DNA of 64,000 nt from Octopus vulgaris (GCA_951406725.2 OX597834.1:13330001-13394000), one strand, 5' to 3'; positions 43,046-58,414 are shown, counted from the stretch's first letter. A program made the numbers and translations. Notes: a model not told the origin generated them from the letters alone.

Positions 43046-43933
43046 ATGTTTTGTATAAAATTATTTTAGAATTTCCTACCTTTTTTCCATATATATATAT
43101 ACATATATATATATAGATATACATGGATAGACAGACAGAAGTACACACATACATATATACGTTCATATATTTATAAATATACATACAAGCACACTCACGC
43201 GCACACTCACATACAAATATATATACTATGTATATATAAATATATACATATATATATATATGTGTGTGTGTGTATGTGTGTGTGCGTGTGTGTGTGTGTG
43301 TGTGTGCATGTGCATATAAATATGTGTGTGTGTGAAAAGAGAGTGGGCTGATAAGGAGAGAGTGAGAGAATGAGTAAGCGAGAGAGCAAGGTTAGATTGC
43401 GTACTTTTGCTTGTGCACAAAATTTGCATTCTGTGTTTAGCATGGCTTCCGACCATGTGGTGGTGAGGGGGCGACTATCTTCGATATATATATGTATTTG
43501 CAATTGTCGTAGAGTGATTTCCTTTGACTCTGTTCGACTTCTGAATGACAGGAGGTTGCAATAGTGTTCCTCGCTAGAAATCCAATGTACAATTAGTTCG
43601 CATTTCTCTAGGCTATATTGCCTTCAGCAACGTTTCTCTAAAACTTCTTTACGTTGTTTCATTAATATTGCTAATATGTTTTTATTTTGTCCTTGTAGTG
43701 TTGTCATTGAAATTACAGATACATGTCATCTCGTTGTTTCTGTTCTTGTTCTTCATGTATGGAAACCAGGACAGATTTAATTGAGAAGATAGTTCTTGAA
43801 ATACGTCTCAACCATACACACTTTTATTTTCAGCCGTTGTTGGGGACAGACTATTTTATTGTAATGTTAAATGAAAATATTATACAAATTTAGTAAGATT
43901 CTGTTTTTTTTTTTCTAGGAAATACACCAATCT

Positions 43934-44251
43934 GATGTGGAGGTACATGGCCTAGTGGTTAGAGCAGCGGACTCGAGGTCGAGGCATCGTGGGTTCGAAT
44001 CTGAGACAGGGTGATGTGTGTGTTTATGAGCGAAATACCTAAGCTCCATGCGACTCCGGCAGAAGGTAATGGCTAACTTCTGCTGAGTCTTTCGCCACAA
44101 CTTTCTCTCACTCTTTCCTCCTGCATCTAGCAGCTCACCTGCGGCGGTCGGCTTCCCGTCCGGGTGGGGAACCTATACGCCAAGAAAACCGGGATACCGG
44201 CCCTTATGAGCCAGGCGTGGTTCGAGAGGAACAAACAAAAAAATCAACAAA
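43934..44251 (+). mobile_element. SINE family C, full length with apparent target-site duplication
   Basis: A and B boxes, A-rich tail; ACACCAATCT at 43924-43933 and 44252-44261. Confidence 0.88.
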
Positions 44252-44682
44252 ACACCAATCTCGTATAACTATTAGTGTTGGTGAGAGCATCAGTGTTAAC
44301 CGCAATCTGCCAGGTTAATTGTTAACTGCATTGTAAAGTGGAAATTCCTTATGATGGACATGTCACTTGGAACATTTTTGAACATTATAACTGTATTCGT
44401 GTTTCATTTAAAACTTTCGGTGTTAATTTACTTGTTATTTGAATGCTATTTCTAGCACTTGGAGAAGGTTTGTACCTGTAAGGTTTATTACTGTGGCAAA
44501 TGCCTTTGTTCAAGAAGCCAAACGTGTTTTAAATTAGCTATCAATTCCAAGTGCCGAAGAAAATAATGAATTCACACGTGATATTTTTCTAATAATACAA
44601 ACAAGAAGCACAGATCCACAGACACACAGAGACTGAAACGTATACAAACACACACACACACACACACAATATATATATATAT

Positions 44683-44810
<128 letters not shown>

Positions 44811-44920
44811 GCATGCACTTGCTTACATACATAGATGTGCGTGTGTGTGTGTGTCGTGTCTGTGTGATTGTGTATGTATGTGTATAGATTTGTGTGTTTT
44901 GATTTATGCATGTATTCCCA

Positions 44921-44975
<55 letters not shown>

Positions 44976-44989
44976 ATATATTTATATGG

Positions 44990-45312
44990 AAAAGTTCTGG
45001 AAGGTTTTATAGAGTTAATAGTTCCAGTAATGGATTGGATTTTAAGAAGCCTAAATTCTCAAGATTGGTATTTAGACATTGTATTACATACCCCAAGGCC
45101 CCAATAGGTTCATTATAATCCTGAACTTGTAATCTAGATAGAGTAACTGCAGATTTCTCAATAGTTCAGCGTAGGTGTTCGCTTTTTCCCATATCTTCAG
45201 CTCTATGTTATCAACCGTTGGGCAGCACAGTTTCTTTACTTTATCCAAAATCATTATACCAAGTCCGGTGTGATTACATTTAACTGAGGTCTTAAATTGG
45301 ACATTCCTTATG
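44990..45312 (-). mobile_element. Decayed restriction-like-endonuclease LINE fragment (R4-like)
   Basis: EKANTYAELLRNLQLLY and IGALGYV motifs parallel the 33 kb element's EKLSKY and VGALG; abuts (CATA)n. Confidence 0.55.
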
Positions 45313-45863
45313 AATGTATGTATGTATGTATGTATGTATGTATGTATGTATGTATGCATCTACGTCTGAGCATTTTTATAATAGGCTAAGAAACAGATAC
45401 ACTTCTGATGTTCTGTTAAAGTTTGACTTAGAAAAATATGTTCCAATGTTCTCCGACATTTTCCGATACAAACATGTAATGTATTTTCATATGAATTACG
45501 AAATATTTCTTACTACTACGTAGGTTGACGAATAATTAATCAACAAATTTAGAAAGAAGAAACACACTTCAATGCATGATATGAAAGTAATATAAGTGAT
45601 CATTAAATACTAGTAAATCCTCGCAAACGTCGGCAACAGATGTGTATGCTTCGAGAAGTATATCTCCAATCAGACTGTGTCAAAATAAAGAATCCACTTA
45701 TTTTGACCATTAAGCATGAGAAGGAGACTCTCTAAGTCTTTCTTTTTCTCTCTTTTATCTCTGTCTCCCCCTCTCATTTTTTCTCTATACATTTCGAAAA
45801 ACACAGTCAGACACACACACACATATATACATACATGTATTATATATGTGTGTATAGATATGA

Positions 45864-45912
<49 letters not shown>

Positions 45913-46058
45913 AATATACATGTATATATATATCTATATATATATACATATATATAATATATGTATATGTATATATACCTACATATATATATCTACATAT
46001 GTGTATATATATATATGTATATGTATATAAACATATATATATATGTTTATATACATTA

Positions 46059-46160
<102 letters not shown>

Positions 46161-46857
46161 TGCATACACACGAACAGACATACAATGCGTGCTTCTATTT
46201 ACTTTTTTGGAACAAATCCTATAAAACATACCAGCTTTTTCTTCAAGTGACAAATGTACAACTCTAATTTCCACTAATCTCTACTCATTTTATTCACCTT
46301 ATTGCTGTAGATGTTTCTGTACACGAGGAATGTTATATTAGCTGGAATACAGGTAATTAGTGAAAAATTTGATACAGTAGCCATTACATCCGTTGTTGGT
46401 GCCGTTTTACTTGTTACAGCCCAATTAATGTTCGTGGAGACAGCTTTATAGCGCAGAGTCAGTCACTTGAAATAATGCATCCAATCAGCGTACCTTGCCG
46501 GTATCAACTCAGGGTTATTTATAGTTAAGCGGTATTGAAGCCATGATGTTTTATTTTGAAGAGGATAAGTTGGTGAATGTATTTTACATTGATTTAGTTG
46601 ATACCTGAAGTCGTGTGAGACTATTGGTCGTACAGAAAAGTTGTTAGTTGTTAGCAAATCATGTTTGTTGACAGGTTGAGTTCAAAAGGTTATTATTATC
46701 ATACGTGTTTTGTAAAATAAACACGTGTAAGCGTATGATTTATTGTATATGTACGGCTATATTTATGTGAATACCATACTTGCGCAGAAACACATATATG
46801 CATTATTTCTACACCACACAACATTGTAAACATCTTTTCATTCCTCTGTATGAATCT

Positions 46858-47085
46858 ATTTCTTTACTACCCACAAGGAGCTAAGCACAGAGGAGACAAA
46901 CAAGGACAGACAAATGGATTAAGTCGATTACATCGACCCCGGTGCGTGACTGGTACTTAATTTGTCGACCCCGAAAGGATAAAAGGTAAAGTAGACCTCG
47001 GCGGCATTTGAACTCAGAACATAACGGCAGTCGAAATATCGCTAAGCATTTCATCCTGTGTGATAACGCTTCTGTCAGCTCGCCA
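46858..47085 (-). mobile_element. SINE family B
   Basis: Matches 40600-40818. Confidence 0.88.
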
Positions 47086-47315
47086 TGTAGCTGTGTAGTA
47101 TCATACATTTTATCCATCCACATATCTTTCTATATATTCTCTCTGTGTGTATCTTCATATACCACTCTATGAAGAGACAGATGAACGCATAGTCAGGCAG
47201 TCAGAGAGACAGATTTGCAGACTGACGGGTAGATACAAGATAGAGGGGCGGACGGATATGTAGATATATAGGCAGACAGACAGAGAGACATGCAGACAGA
47301 CAGATCTATAGATAA

Positions 47316-47460
<145 letters not shown>

Positions 47461-47493
47461 CGGATAGATGGATAGACAGACATACAGATAGAC

Positions 47494-47557
<64 letters not shown>

Positions 47558-47558
<1 letters not shown>

Positions 47559-47728
47559 TGTTTCTTTATTAGCCACACAGGGCTGCACACAGATAGAAAA
47601 AATTACAAGGTAGAGCTTTTCTTTTGAAGGTTAAAAAAAAAAAAGGAAGGAGGAGTTTCGATCAAAAGGGATCGTAAAAGGAGAGAAAGAGGACAAAAAA
47701 AGGGGGGTTAAAAAAAGGGGGAGAGGAG
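47558..47728 (-). mobile_element. 3' UTR fragment of the Tx1-like LINE within (TATC)n
   Basis: CTCTACCTTGTAATT..TGTGCAGCCCTGTGTGGCTAATAAAGAAAC then (TATC)n; homologous to the 53 kb copy. Confidence 0.75.
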
Positions 47729-47782
47729 ATAGACAGATAGATAGATAGATAGATAGATAAATAGAAAGATAGATATATAGAT

Positions 47783-47859
<77 letters not shown>

Positions 47860-47870
47860 TAGATAGATAA

Positions 47871-47911
<41 letters not shown>

Positions 47912-48001
47912 TGATAGATATATTGATAGATAGATAGGTAGACAGACAGACAGACAGACATATAGATAGGTAGAGATAGATAGAGAGGTAGATAGATAGA
48001 C

Positions 48002-48050
<49 letters not shown>

Positions 48051-48112
48051 TATAGATAGATAGATAGACAGATAGATAGACAGATAGATAGATAAATCGG
48101 TAGATAGATAGT

Positions 48113-48157
<45 letters not shown>

Positions 48158-48158
<1 letters not shown>

Positions 48159-48350
48159 TGTTTCTTTATTAGCCACACAGGGCTGCACACAGATAGGACA
48201 AATTACAAGGTAGAGCTTTTCTTTTGGGGGTAAAAAAAAAGAGAGTGGTGGTTTTTGATCAAAAGGGATCGTAAAAGGAAAGAAAAAGGACAAAAAAAGG
48301 GAGGGGTTAAAAAGAGGGGGGGGTGAATAATAGGGATCGTTATCACAGAA
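48158..48350 (-). mobile_element. Second 3' UTR fragment of the same LINE within (TATC)n
   Basis: Same terminus, different 5' truncation point. Confidence 0.75.
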
Positions 48351-48408
<58 letters not shown>

Positions 48409-49295
48409 TGAGAGATTTCTTGATAGAGAGAGAGAAGGACTTTGTCATTTCTAATTTCCTTGCACTTTCGTGCTTCCATGATTTCCAGCGATGAAAAAAA
48501 AGCTACACATTTCCTATATAATACCAGAGAATATACTCAACGTTGATGCTACAAGTTAACTCCAGATTCATAGGTGAAAAACATTCGTCAAACGTATTCC
48601 AACAATGATAAGTCTACAGACCACAATATGTTATTCCTTGGAGGAACGTAATATCCACTGTGCGTAAAAATATTATCGAAAGCAGCTTCAAAATCTACAA
48701 TAGATTTGTGGTGTATCAGGCCCTCCTATATTTAGGTGGTTGATCTAATATAAGCTCCAAGTCATAAATATGCTGGAATAAGTTGAGAAGTTGAAGAAGT
48801 CAGAGTTATAAAATTTCGGGTCGCTGTTCATTCACATGGGTCTTGTGGTGTGAATGAAACTGAGAATATAGTGGTAATAGAAATAGAGAGAGGAGAATAT
48901 GTTTATGATAAAAGGAGGAGAAAGGTCAAAAGGAAAAGATGAGAAAAGAAGAAGGAAAGGAAGAGGGAGAGAAAAAGGAAACTAGAAGAGGAAGTAAGAA
49001 AACAATTAAAAGTTTGGAAAAAGTGGAAGAAAGTGAAACACAGACGAAAGAGGAGTTTTAGTTCGTGGTCAAGATATTATGGGGTGGATGAGAAGGGATA
49101 AGGGGATGGATAGGAAAAGATAAGAATGGGTATCTCACTGCTCTCTGTCTCTCTTTGTCTTCGTTATGACATACACAAGATATTTATACGCGTATTTTGT
49201 GTTTTTCAGTTCACAAGTTTTGCAGGTTATTCATTAAAATATATTCAATATGTTAAACCCTTCATATAGAATACATTGTTTATCTCTCTCGCTTT

Positions 49296-49373
<78 letters not shown>

Positions 49374-49552
49374 ATATCGTTAGCCACTACACACGTTTTT
49401 CTCTCCTTGTTTTTTCTGTGTCCCTTTCTGTAGAAGAGCGTAGGCTCGAAACGTAAAATACTTTTTTCTATTCCTGAGCGCTATACTAATACATGTTTGT
49501 CTTGTACATCACCTGTCCTCGTCTAATGTTTTTGTCGTAAACTCTCCCTATA
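49374..49552 (+). mobile_element. (TA)n-flanked short element, family F
   Basis: GAAGAGCGTAGGCTCGAAACGTAAAA hammerhead-like motif with a non-canonical core. Confidence 0.75.
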
Positions 49553-49927
49553 TATGTGTACATGCATGAGTATGTACATACATATATATTTGTGTGTGTA
49601 GGCGCAAGTACGTATACATGTTTGTGCGAGTGTGTACATATGTAGACGTAGTGAACGCACGAGGATTATGTCTATGTATTCTGAGAAAATCGTTGCGTGT
49701 ATTTTTTACTTTTTGCTTTTTTTTCCTTTACTACCTATTAGAGTAACTTCCCTCGTATTCAACGTTATTTCATAGCGTCTGTTGCCCGTAAAAGCCGAAG
49801 ATATTCGAAACTCCGCGCAAAATAATGGCCACACCTTACAGTTTCAAATTATGACATATATAAATAAACCTTTATTTATGTTTTGTTGTTGTTGTTATTA
49901 ATATTATTTCGATATTGAGGTTACAAT

Positions 49928-50120
49928 TACTCTTTTACCTGTTTCAGTCATATGACTGTGGCTATGCTGAAGCACCGCCTTTAGTCAAGCTCATTGACCT
50001 CAGGACTTATTCTATCGGTCACTTGTGCCCAACCGCTAATGACGGGGACTAAACACACTAGCATCGGTTGTCAAGCGATGTTAGGGGGACAAACACAGAG
50101 ACACACATTGCATACATACA

Positions 50121-50162
<42 letters not shown>

Positions 50163-50337
50163 TATATACATATATACGACAGACTTCTTTCAGTTTCCAT
50201 CTACCAAATTCACTCACAAGGCTTTTGTCGGTCCGAGGCTATAGTAGAAGACACTTGCCTAAGGTGCTACGCAGTGGGACTAAACCCGGAACCATGTGGT
50301 TGGTAAGCAAGCTACTTACCACACATCCACTCGTGCA
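49928..50337 (-). mobile_element. SINE family A
   Basis: Reverse complement of the 54758 copy. Confidence 0.88.
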
Positions 50338-51198
50338 TCTATTATTATTGTTATTGTTATTATTATTTTTATTATTATTATTATCATCATATACATGTAT
50401 ACAAATACACAGAAATATATACATACAATTACACTCACTCCCACACACACACACACACACACAATTTTGCACGTATACGTACATGTATCGAAATATATAT
50501 CAGTTATATCGATAGATATAACAATAGAGAAAGACGGTGACGAATTGTTGTCCAGTTTGCACAACTCTCAACAAATTTCGTTAGAAATGAGATATCAGTT
50601 AGATAATAAGTTTCAATAATTGGAATTTATTGATAAGGTTTCTTAGTGAAACTCCATTAGTAAGCACCACGGCTCTGTTTACTGATATACGATAACTTAA
50701 ATGCTAGGTTATTGTTAATCTTTTACCTCGCTGTGATGGGGAGAATCAGGCAAATATATTCACAGAAGTTCAGTTTCTCTCTTTCTATTATTTTGTAGTT
50801 GCATTTTAGCGGTTAGTGTATTTGCCGCAGGATATAATGTCCTGATTTAGACTCTTCCCGGCTTGTTGTGCATTTGTTGTGCAGCTGAAAAAAATGCGTA
50901 GTACCTGTCTTTGAATGTGCCAGTATTATCAGACATAATGATATGGTGAATCTCCTTCAGGACTGCGTTAAGTGTATGCGTGTCTGTACGCGTTAAGTGT
51001 ACGCGTGTCTCTCTCTCTCAAGATATTATAAGTATCAAGATATTATAAGTATGTGTTCTTATGTGTTTTTCAGTCCACAAATTTTTCAGCTAATTCGTGA
51101 AACATGTTTCATATGACTTCAATCAACCCTTGCTAGAAATACATTGTCTACTTTTCTCCCCATCATTCATTCTCCTCTCTCTCTCTCTTTCTGCCTTT

Positions 51199-51278
<80 letters not shown>

Positions 51279-51688
51279 GTATGGGGAGAGTCATTCTCTT
51301 TTAGTGCCTTATAATTTAACACACTCGCCGGTAAAATTTCCAAGTATTTCTTATTTTTATTGTCTAAAACTTTCGTTGGAAAGTTGTAAGATACTGCACG
51401 AGGGGAAATATATATGAAAGAAGGTTTGAAAATGCAATTTTAAAGATGTTTATTCACTTGACCGGTTTCACTTTTTTAGAAAAGATTGTGAACATTAAAA
51501 GGTAAAGCTATGCATGAGCCTTGTTGTATTAAGTACTGGTTATCACAAAAGTATTAAAACACAGATATACATTCTTTTATAATAATAAGAAAATATTAAA
51601 AACAGTTTGCAAGTAAGTATTTGAGAAAGTAATCAAAACCGAACGCCAAAAGTTTAGTTCAATAAAAAACATTTTTGTTTCTTTGGTA

Positions 51689-51740
<52 letters not shown>

Positions 51741-53033
51741 TGTATATATATATCTGACATTTTCTCTTGCATGTGGCTAAGGAATCCTTAGCTAAAACAC
51801 AACATTTGTACCTCGAATAAAGACAGGATATATTTTGTGATATGGTATGAATGTGTGTCGTTTCTTTTCGTCGAATGGGCGTTTTCAGGCGCTTGCATTT
51901 TTTTCAGTTTTAGAGTCACAAAATATATTTGAGTATATTTGGTAGTTTACCTGTTAATACTGGTATACAGAAAGAAATACATACTCATATGAAATTCTCG
52001 CAAATAGGCTTGTTGTACAAGAGACCACAGCTTAAGTCCTGATTGCGAGTGATCTGAATTTTATGTGTGACAGATAACCAGATTTAGAGACACAAATATA
52101 GAGAGTATCGATGCAAGCTTGTAGTATCATTTTCGTCCATTTCCTCCGGAAGAATGTATCCCTTAATAAAGCCATATTGTAACATAATTAGTACAATTAA
52201 TTAAAGGTTTCCCCCTTTTTTGGGATGATTGCAAACGTACATGTAAGGTGTTGTTCTCATTTTATAAAATCTTACTGACTCTATCTAAACAATATATAAA
52301 ATTCTAACAGAGAATGGAGACGAAATTGATTGTGTCGTAACTTTGCAATTTACTGAACAATATATATGATAAATGAAGTATTTACAAACAAACTTAATTT
52401 GGTGATCTCAGCACCTCTAATTAAATTAATCAAGACAATGACTGTATTGATAAGAGCTAAACATATTTGAGCATTGCTTAAGAAAGCTAAGCATGGTTAA
52501 GGGCTATAAATCAAACAGAAAGTGAAAGTAAAATGTATAATAAACTGTTGCACAACATTTAATTAAATTAATATGAGAGACATGTAACGTAGTGTGAAGG
52601 CGGATTTAGTATATTTCCAGCCGAGATCTTAGAATAATCATGATCTTTAGGAATCTACATACAACGCTGTGAAGACGGTAAACTAAATCGTCGGAAATTC
52701 TTAAGATATTCAATGACCTGCGAATGTGAGTCTGGCTATAAATATAGTAAATAACATACTAAACCACAAGCGAAACAGTTGCTTGTTAGACCAAGCTATT
52801 TATTCTACCAAGATATACCAAACGTTATGAGAGTTCAAATCAAATCATTTCTTTCTCGCTTCTGACTACTAAAAATTCTAAGAATTACGAAATATATACA
52901 AATTAATACTTAGGTTATGTGTTTTCCTAAACGGTGTCTAAGTGAAGATGTTTCTCCCGAGGTATCTTCTGCAGCGAAAAGTTAACCCGCGTCTAAAAGT
53001 CCATGACTATGTGTTCATATCATTTTGTAGTCC

Positions 53034-53113
<80 letters not shown>

Positions 53114-53114
53114 A

Positions 53115-53147
<33 letters not shown>

Positions 53148-53148
<1 letters not shown>

Positions 53149-53770
53149 AAGGATTGGAGACAAACACTTTCCTCTCTGGTCAATCTCTCGTCAACTTCTT
53201 CAAGTACCACTTGAAAAGGAAAGTGAGAGTAGAGAGGCAAGTTTTGTCTAGCGAATGTTTTAAAAAAAGATGGGTGAATGTAGCAAGGATGGCACGTATG
53301 AATGACGAAGCCACCTTGAGCATAATCCTATGAACCAAGAAATTAAAAACAGGGAGTTACCCACTTACAAATAAATGTGGTAACATAAAACAATATTGAC
53401 CGAGGTTACCGTGGTCTTTTTCGGAGGCTTTTCTTCCCACGGATAAACCTTATCTGCTTCCCCCTTTACACCGTACATCATGACACTGTGATACACGATC
53501 CTTATTGATCGTTCTTTTTTCCTTTTCCCCTTTTTCCTCTTTTTTCTTTTTTTCCTTTTTCTTTTCTTTTGTTTCTTTTCTTCTTTCCTTTTTTTTTTCT
53601 CTTTTCTTCTTTTTTCCCTTTTACGGTCCTTTTTGATCGAAAACCTACGCCACTTTTTTTTGTTTCTTTTGCTTTTTTGTTTTTTTTCATCCCCAAAAGA
53701 TATGCTCTACCTTGTAATTTGTCCCATCTGTGTGCAGCCCTGTGTGGCCAATAAAGAAACTTATCTATCT
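53148..53770 (+). mobile_element. 5'-truncated Tx1/L1-like LINE flanked by (CTAT)n
   Basis: Open frame KGLETNTFLSGQSLVNFFKYHLKRKVRVERQVLSSECFKKRWVNVARM..IIL* (53148-53333), T-rich 3' UTR, AATAAA. Confidence 0.65.
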
Positions 53771-53839
53771 CTTTATCTATTCTTTCTTTCTTTGTCCTTT
53801 GATGTATATATGTGCATGCGCACGTGTGTGTGTGAGAGT

Positions 53840-54129
53840 AAGTGGACGCAAATATGTCATCGATGACTGTCAATTAAAGACCATCATTGAGAAGGATCCA
53901 CGTAAAACTACTCGAGATCTGGCAAAAACTTCACGTTCGCAAGAAAATTGTCAGCAACCATCTTTATGCGATCGGAAAATCAAAATCGCTCGACAAAATG
54001 GTACCACACGATTTGAGTGAAAATCAGAAAATGAGCAGATATGAAATATGGTCATCGCTTATTTTCCGTAACCAGACCAATCCATTTGTTGACCGTATTG
54101 TAACTTGGGATGAAAAGTGGATTTTGTTC

Positions 54130-54160
<31 letters not shown>

Positions 54161-54700
54161 TTCATTGCTGTGGCTAGGCCAAAATAAAACACAGAGAACC
54201 TCCCTAAACCTGAGCTCGTCAAAAAGAATGTTTCGTCATGTACTGCTGGTCACTTCCACTATAACTTCTTAAAACCCGGAAAAACCATTACTGTACAAAC
54301 ATATTGTCATGAAGTTGCCAAAATTAACGCAAATCTGCTACTCCTCCGTCTCAGACTGGTCAACAGAAGAGGTCCAACCATTCTTCATGAGAATGTTTGT
54401 CCACAAGTTGAAGGAACTTGGCTACGAAGTACTTCTCCACCCAGCTTATTTCATATTCTCCTACCCACTGTCAATTTTTCTATCAAGTTGATGGTTTCCT
54501 AGGAGAGGAGTTGAAAAATCAAACCGATGCGGTATGTGCCTTCAAAGAGATAATTAGCTCCAGAACTCCATATTTTTTTATGTTACTGGAATAAAAAAAA
54601 AACTTGTAACTCGTTTACAAAAACGTGTTGATAGTAATCGTACTTAATTTGATGAATAAAATTTCTACATTGTTGAAATATATTGAGATAAATTTCATGT
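53840..54700 (+). mobile_element. Decayed mariner transposase
   Basis: KMVPHDLSE (cf. WVPHEL), FVDRIVTWDEKW, LGYEVLLHPAY; frameshifted. Confidence 0.9.
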
Positions 54701-54757
54701 TTCAAAACGTTGATTACTTTTTCCTCAGCTTGATATTTAACCACAAATAAATAGATA

Positions 54758-54928
54758 GGCACAGGAGTGGCTGTGTGGTAAGTAGCTTGCCTACCAACCA
54801 CATGGTTCTGGGTTCAGTCCCAACTGCGTGGCACCTTGGGCAAGTGTCTTCTGCTATAGCCTCGGGCCGACCAATGTCTTGTGAGTGGATCTGGTAGACG
54901 GAAACTGAAAGAAGCCTGTCGTATATAT

Positions 54929-54959
<31 letters not shown>

Positions 54960-55191
54960 CGTGTGTGTGTGTTTGTGTGTCTGTGTTTGTCCCTCTAGCA
55001 TGGCTTGACAACCGATGCTGGTGTGTTTAAGTCCCCGTCACTTAGCGGTTCGGCAAAAGAGACCGATAGAATAAGTACTGGGCTTACAAAGAATAAGTCC
55101 TGAGGGGTCGATTTGTTCGACTAAAGGCGGTGTTCCAGCATGGCCGCAGTCAAATGACTGAAACAAGTAAAAGAGTAAAAGAGTAAAAGAG
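54758..55191 (+). mobile_element. SINE family A, full length
   Basis: Best-preserved copy, with (GTAAAAGA)n tail. Confidence 0.92.
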
Positions 55192-55968
55192 ATATTTATA
55201 TTTATAGGTCTAACTGACAGAGAGTACAAACTACTGTAGCTGTTCCTCTTTAATTATCTCTGTCATTTGATTAAGTAATTTTGAACTATTAATATCAATA
55301 TCAATATACTTGAATATTCATCGTTTGAAACTGTTTGGCATTTGCTTTCTCTCGATTTGCATATATGTATGAATACAAATTTTGATACCAAATCAAGGCT
55401 GTTATATTTAATTTGTTGATCCGTAGAACTGCTTGCATATCTGCTCCACTTGATTTCTCTCATAGCCATTCTTTATCGAGCGGAATTTGTCCCTCGTAAA
55501 GACATTTGAGTCCAATTTTGAATCATTTGTGCTCTGCAAATTTTTTCTTTACTGAGATCCTCTGGATCTCATCTGTTAACCCTATTCCATATTTCTGTGC
55601 TCAATACGAGTAGAGGCGACATTCAAGGTGCAACTAAATATGGGGATGTGATATAAGTGTGAAGTTTACGGTGTAGAATCTAGGAAATAGAAGAAGTCGT
55701 GTGACACGTCATTTAAAGATAGAATAAAACTATATATGCAAATCATATTGTAGGTCGCATTTCATAAATATGTCAACAAAAATGTACTTTTAACAACAAG
55801 CCTGGTGTAATTATTGTGATTAAAGATTCGTCCATAGATAGAGAGAATTTAGAAATCAGAGATGAGAAAATATATATATTTCAAATTACTGTCTTCGCGA
55901 AAATGTCAAAAACGAAAATATTACCATAGATCATGTAAATTTTTGCTCGAGCGAGAAATAGAACATTT

Positions 55969-56065
<97 letters not shown>

Positions 56066-56254
56066 GTGTATATATATAGTGAGGGAGAGAGAGAGAGAGA
56101 AGTAACATATTGAATGTATTTTGTTTTATGTCAAAGGTAAACACGATAGAAAAGTGATCTACTTTTGGACTCAAAACTCTAAGTGAGATGTTACGAGGAA
56201 ATGACACCGACGTAACATAATTTATGAGGACAAAATGTAGACCACAAACAAAAG

Positions 56255-56301
56255 TGATAATAAGAACAACAACAAACCCAATAACAACAACAACAACAAC
56301 G

Positions 56302-56335
<34 letters not shown>

Positions 56336-56415
56336 TAATGATAATAACAATAATATTAATAATAATGATAATAATAATAATAATAATAATCATAATAAAT
56401 ACTAATAATAATAAT

Positions 56416-56456
<41 letters not shown>

Positions 56457-56490
56457 TAATAACAATAATAATAATAATCATAATAAATAC

Positions 56491-56541
<51 letters not shown>

Positions 56542-56572
56542 CTAATAATAATAATACTAATTATAATAATAC

Positions 56573-56620
<48 letters not shown>

Positions 56621-56715
56621 CATAATAAATACTAATAATACTACAACTACTACTACTACTACTACTACTACTAATAATAATAATAATAATAATAATAATG
56701 AATTTAATAATAATA
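56255..56715. repeat. Compound (AAT)n/(AAC)n/(ACT)n microsatellite
   Basis: Triplet runs with a recurring CATAATAAATACT interruption. Confidence 0.95.
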
Positions 56716-57071
56716 TAAACGTTAGACAAGAAATAACAACAAAGAAAATTACGTCGAACGATAAGAAAAGTAATGATATATTAAACATAAAAAAAAAATA
56801 TATGAAAAAATAAATGAATGTTAACAACGGTTTCAACATTTTCATTAGACATTTCATGACATTCGGGTCATTAGATCCAAATGAACATTGACATTTTCTT
56901 TCAAAACCTGACTTGAAATACTAAGGAGAGAATGAAATATGACAGGAAAACTAGATAATAAATATATATTATTTATTTTTTCCTTTTTTTAAATTCTTTC
57001 AGCTATTGGACATCAGCTCAGTTTAATTCTATCTCTCTCTCACTCTCGCTCTCCCCACAATCTCTCTCCTT

Positions 57072-57118
<47 letters not shown>

Positions 57119-57149
57119 TATATGTTTATATATATATATATACATATAT

Positions 57150-57182
<33 letters not shown>

Positions 57183-57395
57183 CATACTTACATATGTATA
57201 TATACATATATATATATGTGCATATGCATTCATATATATCATGAATATACATGTGCATACGACCACGCCCACATACGAGCATACATGTGTAACATAAACA
57301 CACACTCGCTTGCATACACATATATATACACACACACATACACACACACACACACATATATATATATATGTATATATATATATAGAGAGAGAGAG

Positions 57396-57685
57396 ATTAT
57401 AATTTAGGGTAGCTAAGAGATACCACCACGCTGGAAATAACAGTCAAACCTTGATTTTAAACCACATTAAATGTTCATATAGTAGTTCATTGCGAGTTTA
57501 TTTTGTCCCTTTGTCGTCCTTCCTGTTGCCAAATGAACATTTAATGTGGTTTTAGAGTAAAGTTTTGACTGCTATTTCAAGCATGGTGGTATCGCTCAGT
57601 TACCATAATTTATAATTTTAAATAATGATTACCTTTGAATGCTTTTTATTCTCATGCTGGCCACCAGCTAAGATCGGTATTTTGA
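57396..57685. mobile_element. Fold-back element, same family as 24790-25005, opposite orientation
   Basis: Arms 57396-57478 and 57533-57615 plus a one-sided extension. Confidence 0.7.
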
Positions 57686-58326
57686 AGGCAACAGGATTGG
57701 ATGGGAAGATACACTAAGTCTCTCAACAATAATCGAAAGTGTGTGATCTCAAATTCTAGCGGCGGAGGTGAGTTGAGGGTAATGTGAAGAGCCTCTGGAT
57801 TAAAATTACCTGACAATGCACAATCGTTTGGGATCAATCAGACTGTCTCTCCAGGTCGAGCCGCTACTTAATTGGAATGATAATCCACCAGTTTGGTGAT
57901 ACGGTGCATGGTGCATTGTACAAACCTAGTCTTAGAAAACCAAGTCAGTACACCAAGAAGGAAATGGTTTGATAATACAACTAGTCTCAATAGGTCTTGG
58001 TTGGCATTCCATCCAACACCAAGACACAAATAGTGAGAGCAAAAGGTGGATCGATGGACACACACATTTACACACATATGTATATATACATATGCGTGTG
58101 TGTGTATGTGTGTATGTATGTATATATACATATATATATGCATCTATATATATATAATATATACATATATCTATGTATATATGTAAATACATGTATACTT
58201 GTATATATATATATATATATATATATAATGTGTGTGTATATAAATATGTATATACATATGTAATATGTTTGCGTATATGTATCTAACCTTCTATATATCT
58301 ATATCTATATATATATGTATATACAT

Positions 58327-58361
<35 letters not shown>

Positions 58362-58376
58362 CATATATATGTCTGT

Positions 58377-58414
<38 letters not shown>

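Noticed and set aside
48600-48770. Minus-strand VDFEAAFDN as an RTE reverse transcriptase remnant
   Set aside because: A single short motif; too little flanking support to annotate.
51750-52180. Short minus-strand open frames with splice-like sites
   Set aside because: No consistent exon chain or homology found.
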